Shown here piece by piece: positions 20,037-31,023 of a DNA stretch of 64,000 nt. Source of the DNA: Candidatus Bathyarchaeota archaeon (lineage in GTDB: Archaea; Thermoproteota; Bathyarchaeia; Bathyarchaeales; Bathycorpusculaceae). A program made the position numbers and the translations under genes. The stretch covers positions 160,001 to 224,000 of the forward strand of contig CAWEPZ010000002.1 in NCBI GenBank assembly GCA_963811105.1. Reading direction: 5' to 3'. The notes under the pieces were generated by a model, which had not been told where the DNA came from, made no database searches, and saw only the letters and a program-made list of their open reading frames with translations. The stretch's first letter is position 1, and the number at the start of each line of letters is the position of its first letter.

Positions 20037-21383
20037 TTATTGTTTTTGGAGTTTTGCTATGAAGAAGCCGTTGCATTGGTGAATGTGCGGATAGAGTCGC
20101 TGACACTTGTTTAAGTCTCGCATTCCTGGTAACCCAATTCTCGGTTCAATTTCCGCTAATGAGAATTCTGGATGCACTTTTAGGAACCGCTCAATAATCA
20201 TCTCATTCTCTTCTAAAGTAATGCTGCATGTGGAGTAGGTTAATTCTCCTCCAGCCGCCACTTTTTCGGCGCAGCTGTTAATCATCTGCCATTGAATAGC
20301 CGCCATTTTCTCAACTGAGCTGGGTCTTAGACGCCATTTTGCTGAAGGTTGCTTGGCGAAGACACCGGTGCTTGTGCACGGAGGATCCAAAATCACCAAA
20401 TCTGCTTGCGGTTTGAAGGGTAAAGGCGCGCATGCATCAGCGATTACTGGTTCTGCAATTTTGGCTCCCATGCGAGCAGTCTCTTTTTTCCACACTTTCA
20501 TCCTTCGGTTAGAAAAATCAACCGAGACTATGGTCCCTTCGTTTTGCATAAGTTGGGCTAAATAGGTTGTTTTTGCTCCAGGTGCAGAACAAACATCAAA
20601 AACGATGTTGCCCGGCTTGGGGTTTGCAGCTTGGGCGGCGAAGCAGGATGCTTTATCTTGGATGTAGAATAAGCCTCCTTTGTAGCTGGGCAAGGTGTTT
20701 AATGGCTGTTTTGCCTGTATGATTTTGTAAGTGTGTTTTAGCGGTGGGGCTTTTTCTGCTTTGACGCCTTCTATTTCAAGTTTTTGCACGATTGCCTCTT
20801 CTGTCGTGGCAATGGTGTTTACTCGGATGTAGGTGGGTGGGGGAGTTATACTTCCCTCTAAGAAAGCGATGGCTTCATTGCGTCCCATTAATCTAAAACA
20901 GTATTTAACGAACCATGAGGGGTGGAAAGTCCGAAGGCTAACCTGCTGCTCATCGGGTGCCGCCTTTAAAATTGGCTCCAGCGGTCGTGTAAGGAAAAAG
21001 CCCAGAAATTGCTCAACTTCACGAAGGGTTTCCCAGCCTAGAATTGCCCTGCCTAAGCTGGCGATGTGTGTTGCTTCTTGAAAGTTAATTTTACTCCAGT
21101 TCTTAGACACCCTTGTTTGGTAAACGTAAAGCCTTAGGAAAGATTGGATGCCTAGGTTGTACTCGGTAATTTTTTTGGGTACTATGATAGTATTTACGAA
21201 TTTGTCTATGAGGTTTTTGCGTCTTGTGGTTTCAAGCACTAAACCGTATCCGTAGCGTATGGCGTTTGCATCATTTATACGGACTTCCGTAAGGGTTCTT
21301 GCTAACGCTAAGCGCTCACTTAGTTTCTCCATATCCATCCAGCTTAGGGTTTCAATAGCTATTGTCCAAGCATCCTTAAGCAA
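20037..21383 (-). CDS. RsmB/NOP2-family RNA (cytosine-C5) methyltransferase
   Basis: IQDKAS, DVCSAPGAKT, LDPPCTSTG and YSTCS...ENE motifs. Confidence 0.92.
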   Translation of the reverse strand: MLKDAWTIAIETLSWMDMEKLSERLALARTLTEVRINDANAIRYGYGLVLETTRRKNLIDKFVNTIIVPKKITEYNLGIQSFLRLYVYQTRVSKNWSKINFQEATHIASLGRAILGWETLREVEQFLGFFLTRPLEPILKAAPDEQQVSLRTFHPSWFVKYCFRLMGRNEAIAFLEGSITPPPTYIRVNTIATTEEAIVQKLEIEGVKAEKAPPLKHTYKIIQAKQPLNTLPSYKGGLFYIQDKASCFAAQAANPKPGNIVFDVCSAPGAKTTYLAQLMQNEGTIVSVDFSNRRMKVWKKETARMGAKIAEPVIADACAPLPFKPQADLVILDPPCTSTGVFAKQPSAKWRLRPSSVEKMAAIQWQMINSCAEKVAAGGELTYSTCSITLEENEMIIERFLKVHPEFSLAEIEPRIGLPGMRDLNKCQRLYPHIHQCNGFFIAKLQKQ

Positions 21384-21666
21384 ATTCTTTCACGTATTAG
21401 AGAAGATGTAGTGCTTCTAAATAAGAATTCAAATTGGACGGTTGTACATAAATGACAACAGCCACATATCTTTAAGAATCATTCATCAGTGCGGATTATC
21501 TGGTATCTAACCAAAACAAATTTCATGATAGAGGAAGGCTTCACATGGAAAATATCTGAAGAAGCTCATGCAAATATACCCAAAAAATTATTTTAGAACA
21601 CACTATCTTTCAAATAAAAGACATATTAGATTGATAGTTTTTTGTCACTAAAGATTTTTAGTCTCC

Positions 21667-24399
21667 ATGTGCCTTAGAGAAGCTAAGGTCATATTGGGGA
21701 TGGCGCGAACTCTATTAGACTACTGCGACAGGGAACAAACTAAACCTGCCATAACAGAACAAGCCAAAGCGGAAGCTTCAACATCTCCAACACAAATTAA
21801 CATCGAAAAAATTAAGCAGAAAAAGAAGCCTCGGGTATTTCCGCCAGTAGCTCCTAAAAATCTGCCCCCGTCATATTTTGTTTCAGCTTCTTATGATGGT
21901 CGACAAAAAAAAGTTATAATCAAATTATATGAGCCAGAATCAGAACAACTTTATTTTTGGTACGATAACACTGGCCATAAGCCCTACTGTTTGACAAATC
22001 TGTCCCAAGCGGAACTGCAGAAGATAGAGCGCTTAGTTAGGCATGAAGGTTTTGACCGTTTTGAAATTCTGGATAAGTTTGACCCTTTAAACGATGAAAA
22101 AATTCAGGTTACCAAAATAATTGCAAATGACCCCCTAGCCATCGGAGGTAGACCGCAAGGTACTATCAGAGACATAATCCCTGAAGATGCACCAAAAATC
22201 TGCAATACGCCTGCTGAAGTTATCAAGGTTTGGGAGTCAAAAATAAAATATTATCAATCGTACATTTATGATCGCCAGCTTCTTCCGGGGATGATATACG
22301 AAGTCAAAGATGGTAATCTGGTATATAGAGTGCTTGAAGAAGCAACTGAAAACCTGGACAAAATTAAAGGTTTATTTAAGGACTGCACAAGCGAAGAACG
22401 TGACTATGCTGAAATGTGGGCCAAACTCCTAGAGTATCCCGCGCCAAAGTTTCGTAGGGCAGCCATCGATATAGAAGTATATTCACCATTATCGACAAGG
22501 ATGCCTGATGCTCGGGAAGCAGCATGCCCAATTATCGCAGTTTCTGTTTACAGTTCAGATGGGGAAAAAAGAGTAATTATTCTTAAACGTGAGGGCGTTA
22601 GAGAAGGCAACCAGCACCTGACTCTGGACACCAAAATCGACTATTGTCAAACAGAGGAAGAGTTGCTCAGAAAAACCTTTGATGTCCTGGTAGATTACCC
22701 TTTCATTTTAACTTTCAACGGCGACGACTTTGACCTTCGATACCTTACTCACAGAGCTATGAATTTAGGCTTTGGCAGACGTGAAATTCCAATAGAAGTA
22801 GGCAAACAAGTTTGTCTGCTGAAATACGGTATTCACATTGACCTGTACAAGTTCTTTTTTAACCGATCCATTCAAATTTATGCTTTCAACAACCGATACC
22901 GCGACGTAACCCTCAACGATGTAGGTAATGCGCTGATAGGATCAGAAAAAATCCATTTAGAAAAAACATTCGGAGACCTATCCTACACAGAACTTGCACA
23001 ATACTGTCTGCGCGACTCAGAAATCACCTTCAAACTGACCAGTTTCGAAGACGACTCAGCAATGAAACTAATCCTTGTCTTGGCAAGAATAAGTAGCATG
23101 CCTATGGAAGACGTAAGTCGCCAAGGCGTAAGCCGCTGGATACGCAACTTCATGCACCGTGAACATCGAAAAAGAAACCTTCTCATACCGAACGCAGATG
23201 ATATACTAAAGAAAAAAGGCAAAACTTCTACAACCGCTATAATAAAAGGCAAAAAATACAAGGGCGCCATAGTCGTCGAACCCACGCCAGGAGTGCACTT
23301 CAACGTTGCCGTCATGGACTTTCCTAGCCTGTACCCTTCTATCATCAAGGTTTGGAATTTGGGCTATCAATCCATCTGCTGTAGCCACCCTGGATGCAAG
23401 GGGCACCTTGTTCCAGACACTCAGCATTGGGTCTGTACAGAAAAACGGGCACTCGAAAGCCTTCTTATCGGTTCATTACGCGATTTGCGTGTGCGATGGT
23501 ACAAGAGTCGATCTAAAGACAAAACTTTGTCTCCAGAGCTTAGAAGTTGGTATAACATCACACAGGGAGCACTCAAAGTTATTTTAAACGCCAGCTACGG
23601 GGTATTCGGCGCCGATAGTTTCGACCTTTATTGTCCCCCAGTAGCCGAAGCAACAGCAGCCATCGGCAGATACTCTATCACCCAAATACTCAAACACGCT
23701 GAATCAGTGGGTATTCAGGTTCTATACGGCGACACTGACAGTCTCTTCCTTAAGAACCCATCTAAGGAGCAAATTGAAGACGTTGTCCATTATACCGAGC
23801 ATGAATTAAACATGGGGATAGACGTTGACAAAGTCTACCGCTATGCCGTTTTTAGTTCCCGCAAAAAAAACTATCTTGGCGTATTGGAAGACGGCACCGT
23901 TGACGTAAAAGGCTTAACGGGGAAGAAAAAACACATACCCATTTTCATTAAAGAGGCTTTTAACAAAATGAAGGTGGCTCTTGCAAAGGTTAAAAGTCCA
24001 GCTGACTTCGAAAAAGCAAGGAAAGAAATTGCAGACATAATTCGTGAGCGCTATACCCGCCTAAAACGTAGAGAATGGGCTGATATTAGTGAGCTTGCGT
24101 TCCATGTAGCTTTGGGCGATGAACTTGCAAGTTATACTAAAACGACTCCTCAACACGTTAAGGCGGCCCGAATCCTTCAGGACAGCGGAAGAGAACTGCA
24201 TACGGGCGATTTGATTAGTTTTGTCAAAGTTATAAGAGAGCCGCGCGTGAAACCAGTTGAGTTGACTTCAAGAAACGAGGTTGATGTTGATAAATACATT
24301 GCCTATTTGCATTCTACTTTCGATCAGGTTTTGGATGCTTTGAGCTTAAGCTTTGACGAAATTATTGGGTTAACGAAACTTGAAAGGTTCCTAGCTTGA
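21667..24399 (+). CDS. polB1: Family B DNA polymerase, crenarchaeal B1 type
   Basis: Exo I DIEV, FNGDDFD, DFPSLYPS, KVILNASYG, YGDTDS and KKNY motifs; no intein. Confidence 0.95.
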   Translation: MCLREAKVILGMARTLLDYCDREQTKPAITEQAKAEASTSPTQINIEKIKQKKKPRVFPPVAPKNLPPSYFVSASYDGRQKKVIIKLYEPESEQLYFWYDNTGHKPYCLTNLSQAELQKIERLVRHEGFDRFEILDKFDPLNDEKIQVTKIIANDPLAIGGRPQGTIRDIIPEDAPKICNTPAEVIKVWESKIKYYQSYIYDRQLLPGMIYEVKDGNLVYRVLEEATENLDKIKGLFKDCTSEERDYAEMWAKLLEYPAPKFRRAAIDIEVYSPLSTRMPDAREAACPIIAVSVYSSDGEKRVIILKREGVREGNQHLTLDTKIDYCQTEEELLRKTFDVLVDYPFILTFNGDDFDLRYLTHRAMNLGFGRREIPIEVGKQVCLLKYGIHIDLYKFFFNRSIQIYAFNNRYRDVTLNDVGNALIGSEKIHLEKTFGDLSYTELAQYCLRDSEITFKLTSFEDDSAMKLILVLARISSMPMEDVSRQGVSRWIRNFMHREHRKRNLLIPNADDILKKKGKTSTTAIIKGKKYKGAIVVEPTPGVHFNVAVMDFPSLYPSIIKVWNLGYQSICCSHPGCKGHLVPDTQHWVCTEKRALESLLIGSLRDLRVRWYKSRSKDKTLSPELRSWYNITQGALKVILNASYGVFGADSFDLYCPPVAEATAAIGRYSITQILKHAESVGIQVLYGDTDSLFLKNPSKEQIEDVVHYTEHELNMGIDVDKVYRYAVFSSRKKNYLGVLEDGTVDVKGLTGKKKHIPIFIKEAFNKMKVALAKVKSPADFEKARKEIADIIRERYTRLKRREWADISELAFHVALGDELASYTKTTPQHVKAARILQDSGRELHTGDLISFVKVIREPRVKPVELTSRNEVDVDKYIAYLHSTFDQVLDALSLSFDEIIGLTKLERFLA

Positions 24400-24405
24400 T
24401 TGAGT

Positions 24406-25278
24406 CTACAATAGGGTAAGAAAGCCAAGAAACGTGAAAAGGGCAACAAGCCCAGCAATTATTATAACCACTTGCCGCTCAGTTAAAGGGCGGTGGTAGG
24501 TTATCAGAGTAATCAAGCTTTTTCTATGGTCAGATGAAAGCCTTTTCCCATCATAGGAAACTTTAGCTCTTTTTCGGGTAAAGAAAATTGTAAGTAATAT
24601 TAGTGATGAATTAAAAATAAAAGGTAGGATAGAAACTAGAAGGCTCGATTTTAAATCTGAGATGACAGCGAAAGAGGCTACAGTTATTCCTATGGCAAAG
24701 GATCCTGAGTTTCCTACAAAAATTTTGCCTCTAAAGTTCAAGTATCCCAGAATTAGCCAAAACATTAAAGGTCCAATCATTAGAATATATGCTGGTGACA
24801 ACTGGTAAAGTGAACCAGCCATTAATCCTAAGATAACTATAGCTGGACATAGTGTTTCTAAACCATTCAAGCCACCAAGCATGTTTACCGTGTTTGTGAC
24901 AATCATGACGATTAGCGGAATAATTACATAGAAGTAAAGTGCACCGAAATGTATCGTTCCAATGAATGGTAATGCTATATCGGTTCTTGCTTGAGCTGCA
25001 AGGGCATAAGATATGAGCGGCAAAGCTGCTATTAAAGGCATGAATGCTTTGTAACGCCATTTTAAGTCCATCCAGTCGTCTAGTAAGCCCATGAAGCCGC
25101 CGAAAAGAATGCATGCTGCAAGGGTTAGTGCTGCTGACAGGTTAGATGGGTTTTCACCAAGTTTAAGGAAATAGAGGACAAAAAGGTAAACGGTCGTAAA
25201 TAGGACGTAAAGTACGCCTAGACCGTTGCGAATTAAAGGTTGACCAACTTTGTGCTGATCTGGAACCTTTGGGAACAC
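24406..25278 (-). CDS. aglH: UDP-GlcNAc:dolichyl-phosphate GlcNAc-1-P transferase (MraY/GPT family)
   Basis: D.HK, GLLDD, NTVNMLGGLNGLE and KIFVGNSG motifs; directly downstream of aglB. Confidence 0.85.
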   Translation of the reverse strand: MFPKVPDQHKVGQPLIRNGLGVLYVLFTTVYLFVLYFLKLGENPSNLSAALTLAACILFGGFMGLLDDWMDLKWRYKAFMPLIAALPLISYALAAQARTDIALPFIGTIHFGALYFYVIIPLIVMIVTNTVNMLGGLNGLETLCPAIVILGLMAGSLYQLSPAYILMIGPLMFWLILGYLNFRGKIFVGNSGSFAIGITVASFAVISDLKSSLLVSILPFIFNSSLILLTIFFTRKRAKVSYDGKRLSSDHRKSLITLITYHRPLTERQVVIIIAGLVALFTFLGFLTLL

Positions 25279-25300
25279 AGAGTCTCTTCCTGCGTCATTT

Positions 25301-27607
25301 TTAGCCTGAACCAGTTGCGCCTGTTGCTGCGTAGTATTCTGCGTAGTTGATTTTGTAGATGGCTACGATTGGTACTAATCCGCCGTACTGGAATGGATTT
25401 GTTTGTTCGCCAGAGAAGTATTCCTTGGTGAAGTATGTGGGGATTGTTGTCGATGCATCTGGTGTAATGCTGTATCCTACTCCCATCTGGTTTATAGTAT
25501 TGCAATAGTCTACTTCTGCGAAGTTCAATAGCTCGTAAATTGTGCTGTTTTGCCCTTGGTCATTCCATACCCATCTTGAAGTTTGGTTGTCTGCCGCGCC
25601 GAATGTTGTTTCATCAGTCCATGCGGTTGCTGGATTCATGTACCCTTCTTGTATCAGTCTGTTTTTTGCTTCTCCTGAAATTCTTGCCATCCAGCTCCAT
25701 TTTCCTTCGTCCCCGTATCCTGATGGGCTTGCGATATATGTTGATGTGCCGGTGCTTGATTGGCTAATTTGGAGGACAGTGAATATCATGATGTATTTGA
25801 CTTGTCCAGGATTATTGTAGCTGTCATAAGTGTTGAGCATATGCATTGATTCGTTTTCATTGCCCATGAACATGAAGCCCAAGTTTTCAAGTTGGGTGCT
25901 ATTAACTGTAGTGTTATCGGCAAATGATGTGACGTTGCCAAGGTCAGCTAGCCAGTTTCCGTAGTCCCACCAAGCTACTACTACATCTGTTGAATGAAGA
26001 TTTGTGTTAAGATAGCTTATTGCATTAAGCCATGCATCTACTGGTTGAGTTAGTTGTGATCCACCTAATGGAAGGCTCGAATCACTAATTGCTGTTGGTA
26101 TGTAAGCCTGACCGATGGATCTTGGTACTCCACCCGTTTGTGGTGAGAAAGCAAAGTTTGTCACTAATATCATAAATATCAGAAAGACCGCGACACCGCT
26201 GTATTCTTTACTTACGCGAGCAAGCTTGCGTTTTGTTTTTGCGAGGTTACGCGGTGTTTCTTGTAGCAAAGTATAGAATGGTTTTATGACGCTTATGATT
26301 CCTATTCCTGCTATGATTGCGTAGGCTGGAGCAAAAATTACTAGTAACCGTATCATTGAAGCTGAGAAGTATAATGAAGTAACCGTGAAGAGAAGCAAGA
26401 AAATGTTCCTATTTGTGGGATTTCTCAATGTGAAGTATAAGCCCATAAGGAAGAACAATATTGCTATGCCTAATTCAGTGTAAATGTTGCCCCAAGCTGA
26501 AATTCTTTGCTCAGCTACTGAATTAATAAGTGGTGACGTAGCTCGAATAAAAGGATCCAAGACTGTGTTGAATTTTCCAGCCAACCCTTCAAATAATCCA
26601 GTTAGTCCTAATGCAGCAAAAACGACTACAGCGGCAACTATTGCTGTAACAGCGACAGTAGCTTTGTTTTTCACTGATATGTTGTTCCGTAGAACTTCTG
26701 CGATAAGTAGAACTACGAATACTCCCGCGACTGGAATTACTGCGCCGTCAAATACATAGTTAATTCCAATGTAAGGCACCTTTGTTGCAATAAATAACGA
26801 TAAGCCAAAGGTTATGCTGTAACTAATCAATAGACGTTGACTATATCTTCGCATAATCACCATTACAAAGATGAATAGTGCAGCCAAGTCAAGCATATAG
26901 TAGGATGCACCCCAGCCGGCTATGAAGTAGGCTAAAGAAGCGGCTGCCCCTAAAGAGTAGATTAGGGATGCACGCAAGGACCTCTTGCTATCGATTGACC
27001 TTAGAAATAGGAACATAAATAAAAGAAGACCAAGAACCCCTGGAACTTCCGTGTCAAAGAATCCAAGGGAGCTTCTTTGCAGAAAAGATGGTGCTAACGC
27101 CAAGAATAATGCGGCGAATAAACCGATCGCTTTTCCTCCATAATCCTTGCCGATGAAATAAATTATTATGCAATCAACCACTGCAATTATTGCAGGTAGC
27201 ACTGAACAGAACGTCATTAAATCAATGTTTACGCCAAACAAATTGACTGTTTCATATAGTACTGCTGCTGTCAATGGCAAAGATGGTAGGGCGCCTTGCA
27301 TATTAAGGCCCCACGGATACCATTTTTGCATGTTTACCCACCCTGAACCTAAAAAGGGTGAAAGCAAACCATCGCTAATCATGTGCTTTACAATACTAAA
27401 TTGGTAATATGGATCAAATTCGTTGAGAAACGCTGTCCCGCCGGATAGATTTTCCCAGCGTAAAGGTAGAATACGTACAACAAACGCAACAAAGAGGATT
27501 AAAGCTAACGCGGATATTGCGATTATCGATCCGTGAGTTACTTGTATGCGTAATCTACCGAAAGGTTCTAAGCGATTACTGAGCTTTTCTTTAATTCCTT
27601 CCCCCAC
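25301..27607 (-). CDS. aglB: Oligosaccharyltransferase catalytic subunit STT3/AglB
   Basis: EFDPYY, GFFDTE, SVAEQ, WWDYG, DNTT.N and DEGK motifs. Confidence 0.95.
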   Translation of the reverse strand: MGEGIKEKLSNRLEPFGRLRIQVTHGSIIAISALALILFVAFVVRILPLRWENLSGGTAFLNEFDPYYQFSIVKHMISDGLLSPFLGSGWVNMQKWYPWGLNMQGALPSLPLTAAVLYETVNLFGVNIDLMTFCSVLPAIIAVVDCIIIYFIGKDYGGKAIGLFAALFLALAPSFLQRSSLGFFDTEVPGVLGLLLFMFLFLRSIDSKRSLRASLIYSLGAAASLAYFIAGWGASYYMLDLAALFIFVMVIMRRYSQRLLISYSITFGLSLFIATKVPYIGINYVFDGAVIPVAGVFVVLLIAEVLRNNISVKNKATVAVTAIVAAVVVFAALGLTGLFEGLAGKFNTVLDPFIRATSPLINSVAEQRISAWGNIYTELGIAILFFLMGLYFTLRNPTNRNIFLLLFTVTSLYFSASMIRLLVIFAPAYAIIAGIGIISVIKPFYTLLQETPRNLAKTKRKLARVSKEYSGVAVFLIFMILVTNFAFSPQTGGVPRSIGQAYIPTAISDSSLPLGGSQLTQPVDAWLNAISYLNTNLHSTDVVVAWWDYGNWLADLGNVTSFADNTTVNSTQLENLGFMFMGNENESMHMLNTYDSYNNPGQVKYIMIFTVLQISQSSTGTSTYIASPSGYGDEGKWSWMARISGEAKNRLIQEGYMNPATAWTDETTFGAADNQTSRWVWNDQGQNSTIYELLNFAEVDYCNTINQMGVGYSITPDASTTIPTYFTKEYFSGEQTNPFQYGGLVPIVAIYKINYAEYYAATGATGSG

Positions 27608-27707
27608 GTCAAGCCATCTCTTTTAATTGAGTTTTTATCGATTAATCTTAGTTTATACACATTGGAGGTTTATTTATGGCTTTCCAAAATGAATTGGTAT
27701 GGAGTAG

Positions 27708-28388
27708 CTACGAAAGTTTAGTTATTTGCATGATTACCCAAGGGCTAAACCTTGGAATTCTTCTTAATCCAAAAACTTTCTCAATACCTGCCAAGACTGG
27801 TACTAGATTATTCTGAGAAGTTCTCCCGAAAGGCAACCAACTGTACCCAGTTTTCTTCTTTATAGAAAATCCTGTTTTAGTTAAAGTCTCAATAACGTTT
27901 TTGTAAGAATGCATATAGGATTGTCCACGCATCTGCCTAAGTTTAGCTTTAATGCTAGACTTATTTCCGAAAGACAAAAAGCATGGAGCGTTCGGTTTAA
28001 GCGTTCGCTTGCATTCTTCAAAGGCTGATTCCAACTCGAGAATATAGTCTAAGACCTCAATCATGAAGACGGCATCAAATACTTCATCTTTCAGTGGTAG
28101 TTTTCTTGCATCAGCCTGAATAATATTTACTTCTCTGTTTTTAGACTTCAACCTTTTCAAAGAATAAGAATCGATGTCCAAGCTTACGACAGTACCTTTG
28201 CTTCTTGTTGCCAATAATGAAAAACGACCTGCTTCAGCGCCGACATCCAGTATAGTAGTTTTTTCTTGTTGTATGTTGAACGATTTAGAAATAAAATCCG
28301 TTTCAATTCGGGTTAGATACTTACCCATTTTGGTCTTGGCTGCTTTTTCCCAATGGGTTTCTTCCTGAGTATCAATTGACGGCTTCAT
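27708..28388 (-). CDS. Class I SAM-dependent methyltransferase
   Basis: ILDVGAEAGRF and ADARKLPLKDEVFDAV motifs; start MKPSID. Confidence 0.85.
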   Translation of the reverse strand: MKPSIDTQEETHWEKAAKTKMGKYLTRIETDFISKSFNIQQEKTTILDVGAEAGRFSLLATRSKGTVVSLDIDSYSLKRLKSKNREVNIIQADARKLPLKDEVFDAVFMIEVLDYILELESAFEECKRTLKPNAPCFLSFGNKSSIKAKLRQMRGQSYMHSYKNVIETLTKTGFSIKKKTGYSWLPFGRTSQNNLVPVLAGIEKVFGLRRIPRFSPWVIMQITKLS

Positions 28389-28404
28389 CGGTCTGCCCAA
28401 TTTT

Positions 28405-28575
28405 TTAACGTTTACTTGCAGGCTTAACGTCAATCTCTATAGGTAACAATGAAAGCTTTCGGCTGCAGTTTGGGCATTTCCCACCATGTTGCGAAATAAT
28501 TTCATCTGGCGGTCTAAGCTCAGGGCCTTCATATAAAACATGATTGCACCCATGACAAATAACGCGTTGCGGCAT
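28405..28575 (-). CDS. Small zinc-ribbon protein (56 aa, missed by the ORF track)
   Basis: MPQRVICHGCNHVLYEGPELRPPDEIISQHGGKCPNCSRKLSLLPIEIDVKPASKR*. Confidence 0.8.
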   Translation of the reverse strand: MPQRVICHGCNHVLYEGPELRPPDEIISQHGGKCPNCSRKLSLLPIEIDVKPASKR

Positions 28576-28695
28576 CCCAAATCCCCCGAATTATACATGA
28601 CTCTGGAATATTTATTGATTGCTAACAAACTAACTTTCCTTTTGAGATAATGGATTTGAACTTTAAGTAAAGGTTATTCTGGGAGAAGAATACTT

Positions 28696-30802
28696 TTGGA
28701 TATTCAAGTGTGTTCACTTTTGTCTTTAGGAAAATACACGCTGATTATAACAGAAAAACCTGATGCCGCAAAAAGAATAGCGGCCGCTTTAGATAATGAT
28801 GGGAATGCCAAAAAATTAATTGATAATGGTGTTCCATTTTATCAGGCTAATCGAAACGGCGAAATTATCGTTGTGCCAGCGCTCGGGCATCTATATACAA
28901 TTGATAGTAAAGAGCGAAATAGTCGGGACTACCCAGTTTTTGATTATCAGTGGGTCCCAAGGTATTTAGTTGAACGAGGGGCATCAAGGATCCGGGTTTG
29001 GTTAAAAGTAATTGCTAAGCTAGCCAAAAATGCTGAAGTTTTCATAGATGCCTGCGATTTTGATATTGAAGGCAGCATTATCGGATATTGTATCCTCAAA
29101 TATGCATGCGGGAGCAAAGAAGAAACTGCCAAACGGATGAAATATTCAACGTTAACAAGAGAAGAACTTCAAGAATCATACGATCAAGTGTTGCCGCATT
29201 TGGACTTTCCTTTGATTAATGCTGGTTTGGCAAGGCATGAAATCGATTGGCTTTATGGAATAAACTTGTCCAGAGCCTTGACGACAGCTGTCAAAAGCAA
29301 CAGTGGGCAATACGCTACAATCAGCACTGGCAGAGTTCAAGGGCCAACTCTCAAATTTCTAGAACACCGCGAAAAAACCATAAAATGTTTCGTCCCTACC
29401 CCTTATTGGAATATAGTAGCCAAAATCGCGATAAACAATACAATCATCGCGGTTGAATATGAAAAAATTCTTGAAAGCAAGCCAGAAGCAACCCTAGTTT
29501 TGGATTCTTGTAAAACCAAGGAAGCGAATGTGGAAGAAGTTGAGGTAAGAGAGTTTAAGTTGAGTCCACCTTTCCCCTTTGACTTGGGCGCCTTGCAAAA
29601 TGAAGCGTACCGAATTTTCCATTACACGCCAATACGCACTTTAAACATAGCTCAACATCTGTACCTAGACGCATTAATCTCATATCCAAGAACAAGCAGT
29701 CAAAAACTTCCACCAGCAATTGGCTATATGGACATTTTGAGAAAGATAGGTAAAGCTTCTCTTTATTCGAAACATGCCTGTAAATTACTTTCTAAACCAA
29801 CGTTAGAGCCAAATGAAGGCGAAAAATCCGATCCAGCGCATCCTGCCATTTATCCCACAGGAAACCTGCCTGAAAAACCAATTGGCATTCCTGAAAGAAA
29901 CATTTTTGATCTTGTCGTGCGTAGGTTCATCGCCGTTTTCGGTGAGCCAGCAATTAGATCAAACAGTGACATTAGTTGTAAGCATTAATGGAAACCATTT
30001 TCAACTAACTGCAATACGAACATTAAGTGATGGGTGGCTTGAATTTTACAAACCCTATGTTGAGCTAAAAGACGTAACTCTGCCAGCCTTAACAAAGGGA
30101 CAAAAAGTAGCTGTTAAGAGGGTTGTCCTGAAGGATAATTTTACTAAACCGCCTCCACGGCATAATCCTCGCAGCTTGCTTATGAAAATGGAAAAAGAAG
30201 AAATTGGAACTAAAGCAACTAGAGCAGGAATCATACAAACATTATGCGACCGCAAATATCTCAACGGAACTAGTAGTCTTGTTGTTTCTGACCTTGGTTT
30301 TGAAGTCATCGAAATATTGGAGCGGTTTTGTCCAACAGTTGTATCCTCTGAGTTGACAAGGGAACTGGAGCAGGAAATGAATCAAATTCAGTTAGGAGCA
30401 CAAACGAAACAAACAGTTCTACAAAATGCGATTAAAATTCTAAAACCAGTTATATCAGAACTTAAAGCAAAACAATCAGCAATTGGTTCACAACTAAGCG
30501 ATGCATTGAAAAAATCACGGATAGATGAAAAAACAATTGGTGCATGTACCAAATGTGCTGACGGAAAACTAGTGATTTTGCGTTCGAAAAAAACGGGAAA
30601 ACGCTTTGTTGGCTGCACAAACTATTTTGAAAAAAAATGCAACCTTACTTTTCCGCTACCACAAAATGGTACAGTAAAACCCTTATATAGCGCCTGTAAA
30701 ATCTGCGGTTCACCTACAATTTACTTGCTGACAAGATTGAAAAAGCCCTTGAAATTGTGCATTAATCCTAATTGTTTATCAAAAGGAGTTAGGAAGGGAT
30801 GA
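28696..30802 (+). CDS. topA: DNA topoisomerase IA, split by a +1 frameshift at ~29959
   Basis: TEKPDAA, DACDFDIEG, STGRVQGP, catalytic ISYPRT and AHPAIYPT in frame 1; GTKATRA, SSELTRELE and C-terminal Zn fingers in frame 2. Confidence 0.9.
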
Positions 30803-31023
30803 AATGCAAGATTTGCAACAAAACTGCGATTAAGCAGGAATTTTGCCTTTTACATTTGCAAGCATACCAAAATATTTTGGAGAAATTTGAGAAGTGGAAG
30901 ATTGCATCTGATGTTTCTTGGACTGAGTATTTGGGTATGATTCAGAAAAATTCATTAACAGGAGAATGGGCTAAAGATGTAGCAAAGCACTTAATGATGG
31001 AAGGGAAAGAGAATGTCAAATAA
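30799..31023 (+). CDS. Small CxxC/CxxH zinc-binding protein coupled to topA
   Basis: MKCKIC...FCLLH...SWTEYL...TGEW; ATGA overlap with the topA stop. Confidence 0.7.
   Translation: MKCKICNKTAIKQEFCLLHLQAYQNILEKFEKWKIASDVSWTEYLGMIQKNSLTGEWAKDVAKHLMMEGKENVK

Noticed and set aside
21667-24399. Intein or viral origin of the PolB
   Set aside because: Length and motifs match an uninterrupted cellular PolB1 in a core-gene context
28437-28628. 63-aa ORF from the track
   Set aside because: The overlapping frame 28405-28575 encodes a much more convincing zinc ribbon
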